The translations under genes and the position numbers were made by a program. From Mobula birostris (taxonomy: Eukaryota), in NCBI RefSeq assembly GCF_030028105.1, contig NC_092389.1, positions 31,282,339 to 31,346,338 on the forward strand: a DNA stretch of 64,000 nt, in the 5' to 3' direction. Shown here in pieces: positions 63,442 to 64,000 of this stretch; position 1 is the stretch's first letter; each line of letters opens with the position of its first letter. Below the pieces are notes generated by a model that made no database searches, was not told the origin of the DNA, and saw only the letters and a program-made list of their open reading frames with translations.

Positions 63442-64000
63442 TGTTATGTTTTGTAACTGCAAAACAAAACAAAACTAAATGAAAAGAATGCAAGGGGGCT
63501 GAGAAATGTGAGTCTGAGTTCATTTTTATTTTAAGCGAGGCACACACTTGACATGGTGGTATGATGATGTATGCCACTTATATACTTTTACACAGAATCA
63601 GCAATGCATTATGTAAACAATAAAGAATGCTTAATCAAACAATATAGTTATAATATTACTCAAATATTATTCAAATACTGAACTTCAATAAAAAATAAAT
63701 TACAAAAAAATATATTAAATGCACAACACTCCTCCCTGCTTAGCTGTCAACTCCAATTCAATAGAGAATGCATCTCAACTGATACACAGTGTACCATATA
63801 ATACAACCACTATATATAGACATCCACAGCATAGTGAATTTTAAATTGTTCTATACAAGCCTAAAGATTTAATTGCTGTGGTGGATTTCTTACTCTTGTG
63901 GGATAAAAGTCTTTTCTGACATTCTGCTTGGCAGGTGAGGCTTGTGACTGTGAAACAATCTCAGGTCCTGTGGCCTCCTCCGTGGTGGCTGTAGGAGTTG
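63442..64000 (-). mobile_element. 3' end of a Gypsy element: LTR at 63442-63728, PPT and end of pol (extends beyond the window)
   Basis: TG...CA block, minus-strand PPT gcagggaggag abutting it, and pol C-terminus YPTRVRNPPQQLNL*. Confidence 0.8.

Noticed and set aside
1-64000. Prokaryotic systems (CRISPR arrays, operons, retrons, defence islands)
   Set aside because: There is no repeat-spacer array or dense gene packing. The RT motifs belong to eukaryotic CR1, Rex1 and Penelope elements.

Overview
This window is eukaryotic, repeat-rich vertebrate DNA. The mix of CR1, Rex1/Babar, Penelope and V-SINE-type repeats suggests a cartilaginous fish such as a ray; that assignment is inference. It is not prokaryotic, and most six-frame ORFs are transposon debris or chance. 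The only recognisable cellular gene is an intronless Jupiter/HN1-family (JPT1/JPT2-like) ORF. It occurs twice in a ~1466-bp tandem unit at the left edge, which probably continues beyond the window. The unit is interleaved with the ORF1/ORF2 junction of an I/Nimb-type LINE and a decayed coiled-coil ORF, with an 18-bp direct repeat at the junctions. The rest is nested mobile DNA: CR1, Rex1/Babar, RTE and Penelope retroelements, tRNA-derived SINEs, a near-full-length hAT (Tip100/ZMYM1-like) transposase pseudogene, hAT and Tc1 MITEs, a deleted Mag-clade Gypsy element with both LTRs, a solo LTR, and a second Gypsy 3' end. The Penelope terminal repeats carry minimal type-I hammerhead ribozyme motifs, present in about a dozen dispersed copies, some as inverted pairs. 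All alignments and mismatch counts were done by eye, and boundaries of old repeats are approximate.
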